Of a stretch of DNA of 64,000 bases, positions 37,169 to 46,564 are shown one piece after another. Both the position numbers and the translations under genes were made by a program. The notes under the pieces are model-generated. The model had not been told where the DNA came from. It made no database searches and saw only the letters and a program-made list of their open reading frames with translations. Source of the DNA: Spirochaetia bacterium (GTDB taxonomy: Bacteria > Spirochaetota > Spirochaetia > CADAEX01); contig JAZURI010000010.1 in assembly GCA_045606105.1 (NCBI GenBank), forward strand, positions 32,001 through 96,000, written 5' to 3'. Positions within the stretch are counted from its first letter, which is position 1. Each line of letters opens with the position of its first letter.

Positions 37169-38364
37169 AAGCTGGAGGAAATTTCCACAAACAGGGTAAA
37201 TGCCAGCTTGGAATCGATAGGAAAGTCATCGTAGAAGTCATCATCCAGTTCCTTGTGTCCATAGTTCCAAGGTACTGCAAGATTAATTTTCACATGCTTC
37301 CACGGAGAAACACTGAGCCCGCCGATAAACTGTCCCGATTCGCTTTCAACGGAGTGGAGCCATTTGAGACCAAGACTGACAGGGGTTCCGAACATGTTGT
37401 TCCAGTTGGTGGCCATACCCAGACAGTGATCCGGGTCATCTTCTATTCTTCCGTCGTAGTAGTACTCGCCGTAGAGCTTATAGTCCTCGCCGAATTCCTT
37501 GTAAAAACCGAACAGAGCCTCGTGGGTATATTCATCAAGATCATTGTGGGTAAGTACATAATCTGAAAAAAGGTCGGTTCCCAGAATAACAGTCTTGACA
37601 CCGCCCATTATCTTTTCACCGTCTGCCTCGTTGAAGAGTCCGGACAATGTAAAGTTCACGCTTCCGAAAGTCTTGTCTGCCAGACCGGCAAAGGAAATCT
37701 CATCGCTGTGGAGCTTGTCCTCCTCTCCCGGATGAGGGCGCTTCTTATAAAGGGAAACCAGGGAAACCCCGTCAAGCATGTTGGGCAGGGACATTCTGAA
37801 AGCAGTTCCGTTTTCGCAGTCATCCATGAAGTCGGCAGGACGGAAAAGACGGCCGTGACCCCAGGTCATGTAGAATTTTCCCAGCCTGAGATAGGCCTTG
37901 TCCAGCCAGTTGTAATCGCAGTAAAGCTCATCAGCCTCCAGCATGGACCAGGTATCGCTTCCCTCCTCCGAATCAAGCTCTGTCATGAGCTTTCCGAAAA
38001 TGCGGATAGTGGAATCGGGTCTTATGTCAAATGAAACGGTAGCCTTTGAGTAGGCACCTGCAACCTTTTCAGGCTCGGAATCGGGAGGAAGCTCGTCCCA
38101 TCCCATACCGCCACCTCCGCGGACCAGGAAATGCCCCTTTACGGTTACCTTGTCGCTCTGCTCGAACTGGCTGCGGTAATCTATGTCGTTGGGAACCTCG
38201 ATGACTATATCTTCCTGAGGCTCTTCAAATATGCTGTCCAGCTCCGGTTGTATCTCCGGTATCGGTTTCGCTTCAGATTCAACCTCCATCTCCAGTTCTG
38301 TCTGGGCATGGAGAGCAAATGGAATCATAAGAGCAATTACAGCTGCAGCAAGAAGTTTTTTCAA
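37165..38364 (-). CDS. putative outer-membrane beta-barrel protein
   Basis: Signal peptide, acidic N-terminus, ELYCDY....YLRLGK...TWG.G..F.P.D, and a terminal Phe (FVEISSSF). Confidence 0.6.
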   Translation of the reverse strand: MKKLLAAAVIALMIPFALHAQTELEMEVESEAKPIPEIQPELDSIFEEPQEDIVIEVPNDIDYRSQFEQSDKVTVKGHFLVRGGGGMGWDELPPDSEPEKVAGAYSKATVSFDIRPDSTIRIFGKLMTELDSEEGSDTWSMLEADELYCDYNWLDKAYLRLGKFYMTWGHGRLFRPADFMDDCENGTAFRMSLPNMLDGVSLVSLYKKRPHPGEEDKLHSDEISFAGLADKTFGSVNFTLSGLFNEADGEKIMGGVKTVILGTDLFSDYVLTHNDLDEYTHEALFGFYKEFGEDYKLYGEYYYDGRIEDDPDHCLGMATNWNNMFGTPVSLGLKWLHSVESESGQFIGGLSVSPWKHVKINLAVPWNYGHKELDDDFYDDFPIDSKLAFTLFVEISSSF

Positions 38365-38370
38365 AATTTT

Positions 38371-39141
38371 TTACCTGTTTACCTTTTCAAGATATTCTTT
38401 AGTATACAGGGAATCAGGCTGTTTGTTAAGGGATGGGTTCTTGATTGTTACCATAGTTCTTTCATATTCGGTCTTTTCTCCCACCCTGCGGAATACCAGA
38501 TGATCCTGAATAACAATATTTACGGGAACCCAGCGGTCGGAAACCTTCTGATAGCTTGGAATGGCAGAGGTTCTCATAAGCTGCCCCGAAAGGCTGTAAT
38601 CCTCTATTTTCCTTACCAGCCTGTCCTCTGAGACCCAGATTTTTACCTTAGGGAATGAAACCTTGTTGTTTTTGGCTTTCAGAGTGAATACGGTACAGTC
38701 AAACTTACCCAGCTTCTGCTTGGCTATCGCTTCGATTTTGTAATCCTTGGAATAGCTGGAGCCTGTAAAGTCTGAAATACGGAAGCTTGAATTCTCGAAC
38801 CTGTCCTTGGCGCTGGTGAATGTGAAGCTTTTTCCCACAGGGTCGTAAAGCCAGAGGTTATCTCCCAGTTTCAGGTATCCCTTTCCCTTGTCTGCCACAG
38901 GCTGCAGGATAAGAACCAGGAACTTTTCATCCTTGTCTCGGCGGAACATGGCTGCCACAGTTGTGGAGGTGGATCCATCCGGGTCCTTCTTGACTATGGT
39001 ATATTCGGCCGAAAGGTCGGTTTCGTTGAAGGCAACCAGGCTGTCGACCTGCTTCAGCATCTCCTGATAATCGGTATGCTGGGCAGAAGCAAAGGCTGCG
39101 GAGCAAAGTATAAGTACTGCAATCAATAAAAATTTCTTCAT
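38371..39141 (-). CDS. LolA-like outer-membrane lipoprotein-sorting protein
   Basis: Signal peptide; F....P..DKG.GYL..GDNLWLYDP, F.NSSF..SD, K.E.YS.SG.LMRT. Confidence 0.8.
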   Translation of the reverse strand: MKKFLLIAVLILCSAAFASAQHTDYQEMLKQVDSLVAFNETDLSAEYTIVKKDPDGSTSTTVAAMFRRDKDEKFLVLILQPVADKGKGYLKLGDNLWLYDPVGKSFTFTSAKDRFENSSFRISDFTGSSYSKDYKIEAIAKQKLGKFDCTVFTLKAKNNKVSFPKVKIWVSEDRLVRKIEDYSLSGQLMRTSAIPSYQKVSDRWVPVNIVIQDHLVFRRVGEKTEYERTMVTIKNPSLNKQPDSLYTKEYLEKVNR

Positions 39142-39145
39142 GGCA

Positions 39146-40435
39146 TCATTCCTTTCTGAGAGCTTCCGCAGGAGGCATGAGAGAGGCCTTTCTTGCCGGG
39201 CCCCAGGCTGCAGCCACTACGGCAGCTATCATGAATACAAGATTAAGAAGCACTGTCTTCAGGCTGATAAAGAACTGAAGTCTTCCGTTTTCGGTAAACA
39301 TTCCGGCCACTGATATGCTTCGTAAATCAAACAACCCTATGAAATAAAAAGTTACAAGTCCGAGTATAAAGCCCAGTATTGAGGAGATTACCGCCAGCAT
39401 CACGGCTTCGTAGATAAATATCCTCTTTACAGCCCCGGCCTGCATTCCCATGGCCCGCATGGTTCCTATTTCCCTGGTTCTCTCGTAGACCAGAACCCGG
39501 TATGTGTTCAGGATTCCCATCATTACGATAAGGAGGAAAACAAACAGTACAAAATAGGTACATACTATAAAGGCATCCAGAAGGTTCTTTAGCTGCTCCA
39601 GCTGTGCATCCACCGACATGACTCCCGCAATCTCGTCGTTGTTGTGCCTGTTTCCGGATCTGTAGCTGCTGAAATCCTTTCTGGTTTTGATAGGGGGAAA
39701 AACATCCTTGGTTTCTGCCAGGGAGCTGCGGATCTTTTCGGTCAGCTTAGGGATATCGGCCCCCTCCTTGGCATACACGGCTATCTCAGTAGCCCAGTCA
39801 TGCTCCTTGTTCATCAGAAGGTTCAGGATTTCACGGTTCATATAAGCCGCATATCCGAAGATATTGGTCTCCCCGAAGATTCCCTTTACCACAAGATTGG
39901 CCACATTGTACTGCCCCTCGATGGTCTTTATGTAGATAAGTACATCGTCACCCATACGGGCCCCCAGAAGACGGGCCGCCTCCGTACTTATGATTATTCC
40001 GTTCTTTCCCTCTTCACCAAGCATGTTCTCCATGGCTCCTTCCACAAACGGAAGCCTGGAAAGCTCCTTTCCTTCGCTCTTGAAATCGGCACCGACAGCC
40101 CTGAGAAGCCTGATATAGTTTCCTCCGAAGAAGAGCCTGACCTCGCTGCCGTAATAGATGGTTCTCGGAGAGATGGTCCTTATAGGAAGCTTCTTCTCCT
40201 GAATGATTTTTATATATTCCTTTGAATCAGGAATGGACATTCCGGTATTTTCAAAGCCGTATACTATAACATGGCCTGAAAAATAACGGGCTGCCTTGGT
40301 CTTGATGGTTTCAAGGGCTCCGTATGAAAGACCTGTAAGAACGGTAATGAGCATGAAGCCCACCGCAATGGCCAGACCCATGAGGGCATATCTTTTTCGC
40401 TGAAGGAAAAGATTCCGGAGTGCAATACGGAACAT
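39146..40435 (-). CDS. ABC permease, FtsX/LolCE-like
   Basis: IALRNL...RKR, large periplasmic loop, GILNT....VYERTREIGTMRAMG, PARKA....PAEALR. Confidence 0.9.
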   Translation of the reverse strand: MFRIALRNLFLQRKRYALMGLAIAVGFMLITVLTGLSYGALETIKTKAARYFSGHVIVYGFENTGMSIPDSKEYIKIIQEKKLPIRTISPRTIYYGSEVRLFFGGNYIRLLRAVGADFKSEGKELSRLPFVEGAMENMLGEEGKNGIIISTEAARLLGARMGDDVLIYIKTIEGQYNVANLVVKGIFGETNIFGYAAYMNREILNLLMNKEHDWATEIAVYAKEGADIPKLTEKIRSSLAETKDVFPPIKTRKDFSSYRSGNRHNNDEIAGVMSVDAQLEQLKNLLDAFIVCTYFVLFVFLLIVMMGILNTYRVLVYERTREIGTMRAMGMQAGAVKRIFIYEAVMLAVISSILGFILGLVTFYFIGLFDLRSISVAGMFTENGRLQFFISLKTVLLNLVFMIAAVVAAAWGPARKASLMPPAEALRKE

Positions 40436-40436
40436 A

Positions 40437-41882
40437 TCAGCCCCTCCCCATTATTGCCACAGGCTGAATCTTTACGGCAATGGATACCGGATAGATCCAG
40501 GAAAGGGCACCCACCACCGCGGCTCCCGCAAAGTGCATGAGTATGTTTTTCAGGGTTACCGCAGGCTGAAGCCTGTCGCCGCCGAACATGGTTATGAGAA
40601 GATCGTTTTCCAGGGCAATTCCGCCGGAGAAACAGAGTGAGATTATCACACCCAGAATAATACCTATGGTGGAAGCCGCCAAAGTAAGGATCATGGATTC
40701 CGAAATGAAAAGGAGACTGATGAACGGCTTGCCTGCACCGATTCCGCGCATGGTTCCTATTTCGTAGCTTCTTTCCAGTACGGAAATGACAAGAGCGTTC
40801 ATGATAACCAGAACGGCCCCTATGATGATGAAGATAATACCGATATTGAATGCAGCCTGAAGGGCAAATACCATCTGGGCACTTATACCGGCTCCGCTTC
40901 TCCACCCTTTTATGTTTACGCTCCAGTGGTTCTCGTCCGCCATTCCGTCAAGCTCACTCCTGAGGGCTTTTGCATCGGATGTCTTGAAAAGGACAAAGCT
41001 CCAGGCTGTGGATGAGGCCTCTACTATGGCATCCCTGTCTGATGTATCTGCAAGGATGGTCTCTATGTCGCTGAGAGAAAAGGTTTCCTCTGTTTCGGAA
41101 ACCGTATCCTCTGCCTCGGCAAAAAGATCGTCGAAATCAAAGCTCTCTTCCTCTGTGTCGGATTCTGTTGTTTCTTCCTCCACCACATTTCCTGCAGTGT
41201 AGTCTATAAGTCCCCTTACCACGGTCGGATCGGCAAGCAGGATGGCATCAAAAGGGGCCCCCTTGTTTACATACCGGTGACATCCGGCAAAGGTTCCCTT
41301 CCTGATCTTGAAGCTGCCGTTGGAATAAAGGCTGAGCTTTATTTCGGTTCCCGGCTGAAGGGTGTGTCCCAGCTTTGCCTCTGCCTTCTGAAGAAGAGGC
41401 TCACATATAAAGATTCCGCCTGATGAAATATCGGCAGGATTTCCCCGTACTATCTCGATTTCCGGGCAAACGCTGAAATAGCTGTCCGGATCGATTCCGA
41501 ATACAGCGGCGGTATTCCTGAACTTCCCTGTCTCTACTGCGGCAGCGGCTGCAACCACCGGAGTATAGCTTTCGGCATTCTCCAGATATTCAAAGGCACT
41601 GCTTATCTCCGCATAGGCCGGAATAGAGGGGATAACCTCGTAGTCATCAACAACCGGTATCTCGTTTCCGAAAAGGCTGAACGAGGTTTCGCTTTCCGCA
41701 GCCAGCACCACATCTCCCGTAAGGCTGTTCACAAAGGAATCCCGTACTCCCTTGTCCGCACTTTCGAATACCGAGTTGGAAAAGAAAAGGAAGGCCACAC
41801 CTACGGCAATCAGTGTGCCGAGAAGGAGAGTCTTCCGCTTGTTGCGGTATAGGTTTCTAAGTGCCAGCTTCAGAATCAACAT
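40437..41882 (-). CDS. ABC permease, FtsX/LolCE-like, with an acidic insertion
   Basis: LALRNL.RNKRKT, N....SVLERSYEIGTMRGIGA, YP...A..IQPV..M. Confidence 0.9.
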   Translation of the reverse strand: MLILKLALRNLYRNKRKTLLLGTLIAVGVAFLFFSNSVFESADKGVRDSFVNSLTGDVVLAAESETSFSLFGNEIPVVDDYEVIPSIPAYAEISSAFEYLENAESYTPVVAAAAAVETGKFRNTAAVFGIDPDSYFSVCPEIEIVRGNPADISSGGIFICEPLLQKAEAKLGHTLQPGTEIKLSLYSNGSFKIRKGTFAGCHRYVNKGAPFDAILLADPTVVRGLIDYTAGNVVEEETTESDTEEESFDFDDLFAEAEDTVSETEETFSLSDIETILADTSDRDAIVEASSTAWSFVLFKTSDAKALRSELDGMADENHWSVNIKGWRSGAGISAQMVFALQAAFNIGIIFIIIGAVLVIMNALVISVLERSYEIGTMRGIGAGKPFISLLFISESMILTLAASTIGIILGVIISLCFSGGIALENDLLITMFGGDRLQPAVTLKNILMHFAGAAVVGALSWIYPVSIAVKIQPVAIMGRG

Positions 41883-42745
41883 TGTGCTTTATACTGCCTT
41901 ATAAATTCCTCGTAATCCTCATAGGGTGAGGTATAGGTAAAAATACGGTAGGTCGGTTTTTTAAGCCAGTAACCGTAAAGATTGTATTTTTCTGCCAGAC
42001 TTCCCTCTCCGAATGCTTCCTTCTTTATCGTGATGACAGGACAGCGCCGCTCCCCTATCAGATATTCTTCAGGAATATTGCTGCATATAAGGTCGGAAAC
42101 CCGGTCTATCCGTTCCCTGAACCTGTCCAGGTCCAGTTCCTTGAGAACCTTGATGAAATGCTCGAAGATAAAGGTAGGTGCTGTGCTTGGAATCTGACAC
42201 TGCTCCGCAAATTTCCTGTAGCGGGCCAGATTGAGATATGAACATACATCCTCTTCCACGAAATTTTTCCATTCATCCCGTTTTACACAAACCACGGCCA
42301 GCCCGATATAGGATGCAAGCTGCTTGTTGAGACAGGTACAGAATGCCTTTGTCCCTTTCGGAATATCGTAATAGGGAAAGGCACTTACAGCATCTGCTAC
42401 ACCGTTTTCCTTGTAGAAAGGGGTGGAGTTGCTGGATTCAAGCCTGCAGAACATCTCTGTCTCGGGAAAGGATTCATCCCGCAGGTAATTTTTCAGCATG
42501 CTTGTCCACTGTTCCCTGAAATGCCCTTCGTTTCCGATTATCTTAAGTCTGTAGTTCATGGAATACATGATGGCTTCGATTCCAACGGTGGCACTGCCGG
42601 GAATAAAGAGGACATCATAATCCTCAAGACCGAACTTAAGGGTAAAAAGTTCACGGAGCTCCTTGAACTGGTCAAAAAATTCCTTGTCCCTGTGAGAGCT
42701 GTGTATTCTTACGGAATCTGAAAAATATGCATTTGGCCCGAACAT
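41876..42745 (-). CDS. class V PLP-dependent aminotransferase-like protein
   Basis: FGP, HRD.EF, LFIPGSAT.GIEA, ESS.S, DAVSAF, CLNKQL....GLA.V (Lys at the PLP position), P.T.P. Confidence 0.7.
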   Translation of the reverse strand: MFGPNAYFSDSVRIHSSHRDKEFFDQFKELRELFTLKFGLEDYDVLFIPGSATVGIEAIMYSMNYRLKIIGNEGHFREQWTSMLKNYLRDESFPETEMFCRLESSNSTPFYKENGVADAVSAFPYYDIPKGTKAFCTCLNKQLASYIGLAVVCVKRDEWKNFVEEDVCSYLNLARYRKFAEQCQIPSTAPTFIFEHFIKVLKELDLDRFRERIDRVSDLICSNIPEEYLIGERRCPVITIKKEAFGEGSLAEKYNLYGYWLKKPTYRIFTYTSPYEDYEEFIRQYKAQC

Positions 42746-43980
42746 TATATTCCTTCTCTGACCTTAACCATGAAATCCGCAATCCTCTTTCCTGCTTCTC
42801 CCCTGTGCTGCCATGCCTGATTTCCTGCGGCTTCCCTTTTTTCCGCCACATCCGGATTTTCGGTCATCCCTTCAATAATATTTTTTATCTCTTTAAAATC
42901 CTCTTCCCTGAGCTCTCTCCCTATTTCCGGAAGAATCCTGAACTGCCAGAGCTCATGAGGAACCTTTCCCGCATCGTAAGGACGGGGATCAAAGCCGCCG
43001 ATAACCGAAAGAAAAGGCTTTTCACGAAGAAAAGCATAATCCAGGGTAATACTGGAAAAGTCAGAAATCATTATATCAGCTTTTGAAAGAGAAACAATAT
43101 TATCAGGGGCAAAATCCCACTTAATTTTACTGTTTCCCGCATATCTTTCCTGCAGACGGTCCAGCATCTCCTTTTCCACCGACCTTGACTGGGGATGGGG
43201 CCTTATTATCATGTCAAATCCGGCATCGGCCAGCGGATCCAGAAGCCTCTCGCCGTACCTTGAAAGAAGACCGCTGCTGCCCCAGCTGGGTGAAACCAGA
43301 ACCGTGAAGCCATCTTTTTCCCCGCAGACTTCCTTCATTACCGAATCAAGCTTTTCAGAAAGCACATCAAGATAAGGAGAGCCCACTGTCACCAGCTGCT
43401 TTTCAGGCAGGCCGCGGAGTTTTTCCAGATATCTGATATCCTCCTTCTGGTAATCTCCCGAAAGAAGAACGGAATCGAAATAGTCCAGTCCGTAGCGTTT
43501 GTAGAGAGTGGCATCATTTATCATATGAAGCACATGGGAATAATGCTTTACCCCCTTGGAGCGCTTGAGCTGAAAGACATCCAGTCCGGGAGTGGTCATG
43601 AGACAGACATCGGCCTCCAGAAGATTGAGCCTGGCAAAGGCCTTGTTGCCTGCACCGATATATTCACACCGCACATGCTGAAGTTTAAGGTCATTTATCG
43701 GGTCATCCTCCGCAGAGGTAAGATAAAGAAGAGGAAGCCCCCTTCTTTCAAACTCCTCCACCACCGGTTTAAAGGTATTCCAGTACTGCTTTCCCTCGCA
43801 GTAAACCACATAAGGGACAGTCTCCCCCTTCTTCTCCTTTCTGCCTCCGGCAAAAATAACCCGGAGCTTTATGAAAAAGGCCCTGGAAGCAAAGTACAGC
43901 AGGGCAAAGAGGCTGATGAATACGGAAAAGAGCATGCTTCCCGTACCCGGATCTATGTATAGAAGATTGAAGTCAGTCAT
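42745..43980 (-). CDS. CDP-glycerol glycerophosphotransferase (TagB/TagF-like) family protein
   Basis: N-terminal TM with YIDPGTGS, then G.PY.D, VLVSPSWG, RPHPQ, ADIMISDFSS...DYAF..EKP. Confidence 0.8.
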   Translation of the reverse strand: MTDFNLLYIDPGTGSMLFSVFISLFALLYFASRAFFIKLRVIFAGGRKEKKGETVPYVVYCEGKQYWNTFKPVVEEFERRGLPLLYLTSAEDDPINDLKLQHVRCEYIGAGNKAFARLNLLEADVCLMTTPGLDVFQLKRSKGVKHYSHVLHMINDATLYKRYGLDYFDSVLLSGDYQKEDIRYLEKLRGLPEKQLVTVGSPYLDVLSEKLDSVMKEVCGEKDGFTVLVSPSWGSSGLLSRYGERLLDPLADAGFDMIIRPHPQSRSVEKEMLDRLQERYAGNSKIKWDFAPDNIVSLSKADIMISDFSSITLDYAFLREKPFLSVIGGFDPRPYDAGKVPHELWQFRILPEIGRELREEDFKEIKNIIEGMTENPDVAEKREAAGNQAWQHRGEAGKRIADFMVKVREGI

Positions 43981-46564
43981 TGAGCTTCTCCCAGTTTCCG
44001 GCCTTGTAGATATCCCTGTTTACCCGGTACACGGGAGTAAACCGGTAAGTGTTCCTGTTGTGCTCGTTGGCCTCCACGGGACCGGTACCCACCAGTATGC
44101 CGTTCTTCTTTCCGCTGCTGTCCAGCGGTTTCCCGGTAAACGGATTCAGAGGCTTCTCTTCAAAGCCGGATACTGCCAGCACCGGTACATCAGCCACGGT
44201 CATGAAGGTGCGGTCTGTCCTGCAGGGCCCCTCTGACCCGAAATCCTTGAAAAGGAGCAGTGAGCTGTAGGCATTTATAAGGTCGGGATCTCCCTCTGCC
44301 TCCAGAGCCTTGTTTTCCTGCCTGAAGAACCGGCCGTGGTCCGAGGCAATGATTATCCTGGTATTGTCCCAGACACCGTTTTCCCTCATCCAGTCCATCC
44401 ATTTTCCCAGCATCCTGAAGGTGGCTGCATTCACATGATAATGACGGAAAACATATTCGCCGCCAATGTTGTTCTCTCCCCGGTCGGTAATTTCCCGCTG
44501 CAGGGTATAGTCGGGATACTGCAGATATGCAGGCTCGTGGGTGGTATCGTTGTCTATGGCAAAATATGCAGAGCCCTCTCCTTCGGTATCGGAAAGCTCA
44601 CAAATATAATCCAGGGCAGAATACCAGTTTATGAGAACTGAATTCTCATCCCGCCCCTTGCTTTCGTCGGAGCTCCACCAGTCTCCGTGGTCGTAGATGA
44701 TTCCCCTGAGACATACCGGAGAAATACGGAAGAAGTTGAAGAACAGGAAATCCCTCTTTATAAAGTCGGAAAGGACAAAGCCCTCCAGCTCCATGCCGTG
44801 CTCCTTTCTCCACAGCTTCTCGTAGCGGCCGCTGAGATTGAGGGCATTTATATCATCGTCAAATATGGAGTTGTCGGGAATCCAGCTGAAGTTGGCCAGA
44901 GGAGCATCGGTAACGGTGATATCGAAGTCCTTGCTGCCGAAATAGGCAGGCAGCATCTTCAGGGATTCGTTATGCTTCTCCCGGAGTGTCTGATCTGTCC
45001 TTTTGTTGGAGTTTTCAGGAAGATATTCGTAGCCTCCGAAAAGGGCCGGGGCACAGAGAATGGTACAAGAGGAAGGTGAAACTGTGTTGGGGTAATGGAC
45101 AAAGCCAGAAAACTGCGCCGCCACCTCGGGCATCTCTTCAAAGATGGCAGGAACAAAGGAGCTGATTCCCCGGTCCAGCATCATGACAATAACATTTTTT
45201 CCCGTTCTGCTGAAATGGAATACCGGTTTTAACGAATCTTCGTTCCGGCTGTTTTCTCCGGAGGCAACTATTGCTTCCAGCCTGTGGAACTCACTGTTTA
45301 TCTTAAATATGTTGTACCCTGAAAAAGCGGTCAGGGAAAGAACCAGGACTACAGTCAGGGATTTTATGTACTTTTCCTTTTTCAGGCAGAAAACCGGAAC
45401 CAGAACTGCCGCCACAGCCGCAAATACAGCCATATCCACAGGGAATTTGGCAAGCTCGTTCTTTATCTTCAGTCCGCTTTCAAATTCAATTCCGTTCCCC
45501 ACCAGTACAGTACCGTAGTTGCCCGGAAAGGCATAGGTGTTCACCAGAGACCATACCACTGCGAAAACCATGAGAAAGGCCATGGCAGACTGTACCTTTT
45601 TCGAGAAAAGGAAGTAGATGGCAACAAGCCAGGCTGTTATGCCCAGAGTCTGGAAAAACGGAAATTTCACCAGGCTGAGGGGATTATCATAAGGTTCTAT
45701 AAATGAAAATTCGGCTACAGAGGAGCTTACAAGGGAGGTTGGTATAACTATACCTACCAGCAGGAGAAATGCACTGCAGACCAACATGAAGAGTCCAAGA
45801 CGGTTCCGGTCATTTTCAAGGAGAGGATTCAGAGGTTTTGAGAGAATATTTCCCGCTTTCTCCCTCAGCGCCGCAGCTGCAGCCGGCATTTCCGGAAGCC
45901 TGATCTTATAGCAGATATTCTTGAAAAGTGAAAAAACATTGTTAAGGGTCCAGTAAAGGACAAGTCCTGCCGGGGAATTGTAGAGCAGCACCAGAAACAG
46001 GGCCGCCATACCGTAGAGCTGCATCTTTTCCTTCAGCATGAAACCCTTTACGTATACTGCGCTGGCGACAATATTAATCAGGGTCATGGCTATAGGGAGA
46101 ATATTTATCGGAAAGCTTCCTATGGTAAAAAGACGGTCGGGACTTCCCAGATCTCGGAAAATCCAGAATTCAGCCCCTTTAAGCATCTCCAGATTTGAAA
46201 GGAAGGAATAGGCCGCAATGAAGAACGGAACCTGAATCATCAGGCTTATGGAGCTTCTGAGAGCCATTACGGGATGATAATGATTCTGCCTGTAGAAGGT
46301 GGTGAGAATCATATAGCGCTCATCCCCCTTGAACACAGCCTTGATTTCATCTATCTCCGGCTTGAAACGGGTCTGGATATCCCGCTCCTTCTGCTGCCAT
46401 CGCTCTGCAATGATGTAGAGAGGCAGGGAAAGGAAGCTTACTGCCAGGCTTACCGCAGCTATGGAAAGCCCGTAATTGTCAAAAAGCCGGTCGGTAAAAA
46501 GGAAGACCGTTTCTATGAGAAGCTCAATAGGATAGATAAAAACAAGATAGAGAAAATCTGCCAT
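43973..46564 (-). CDS. YidC/Oxa1-domain protein fused to a sulfatase/LTA-synthase-like domain
   Basis: About aa 1-220 is YidC-like (GLSI...LPL, KP.I..IK, LMIQVPFFIA.Y, DL..PD, ILPI.M, PAGLVLYW..NN). Extra TM segments follow. The C-terminal domain has NVIVMMLD, HEP, NTRIIIASDHG. Confidence 0.85.
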   Translation of the reverse strand: MADFLYLVFIYPIELLIETVFLFTDRLFDNYGLSIAAVSLAVSFLSLPLYIIAERWQQKERDIQTRFKPEIDEIKAVFKGDERYMILTTFYRQNHYHPVMALRSSISLMIQVPFFIAAYSFLSNLEMLKGAEFWIFRDLGSPDRLFTIGSFPINILPIAMTLINIVASAVYVKGFMLKEKMQLYGMAALFLVLLYNSPAGLVLYWTLNNVFSLFKNICYKIRLPEMPAAAAALREKAGNILSKPLNPLLENDRNRLGLFMLVCSAFLLLVGIVIPTSLVSSSVAEFSFIEPYDNPLSLVKFPFFQTLGITAWLVAIYFLFSKKVQSAMAFLMVFAVVWSLVNTYAFPGNYGTVLVGNGIEFESGLKIKNELAKFPVDMAVFAAVAAVLVPVFCLKKEKYIKSLTVVLVLSLTAFSGYNIFKINSEFHRLEAIVASGENSRNEDSLKPVFHFSRTGKNVIVMMLDRGISSFVPAIFEEMPEVAAQFSGFVHYPNTVSPSSCTILCAPALFGGYEYLPENSNKRTDQTLREKHNESLKMLPAYFGSKDFDITVTDAPLANFSWIPDNSIFDDDINALNLSGRYEKLWRKEHGMELEGFVLSDFIKRDFLFFNFFRISPVCLRGIIYDHGDWWSSDESKGRDENSVLINWYSALDYICELSDTEGEGSAYFAIDNDTTHEPAYLQYPDYTLQREITDRGENNIGGEYVFRHYHVNAATFRMLGKWMDWMRENGVWDNTRIIIASDHGRFFRQENKALEAEGDPDLINAYSSLLLFKDFGSEGPCRTDRTFMTVADVPVLAVSGFEEKPLNPFTGKPLDSSGKKNGILVGTGPVEANEHNRNTYRFTPVYRVNRDIYKAGNWEKLND

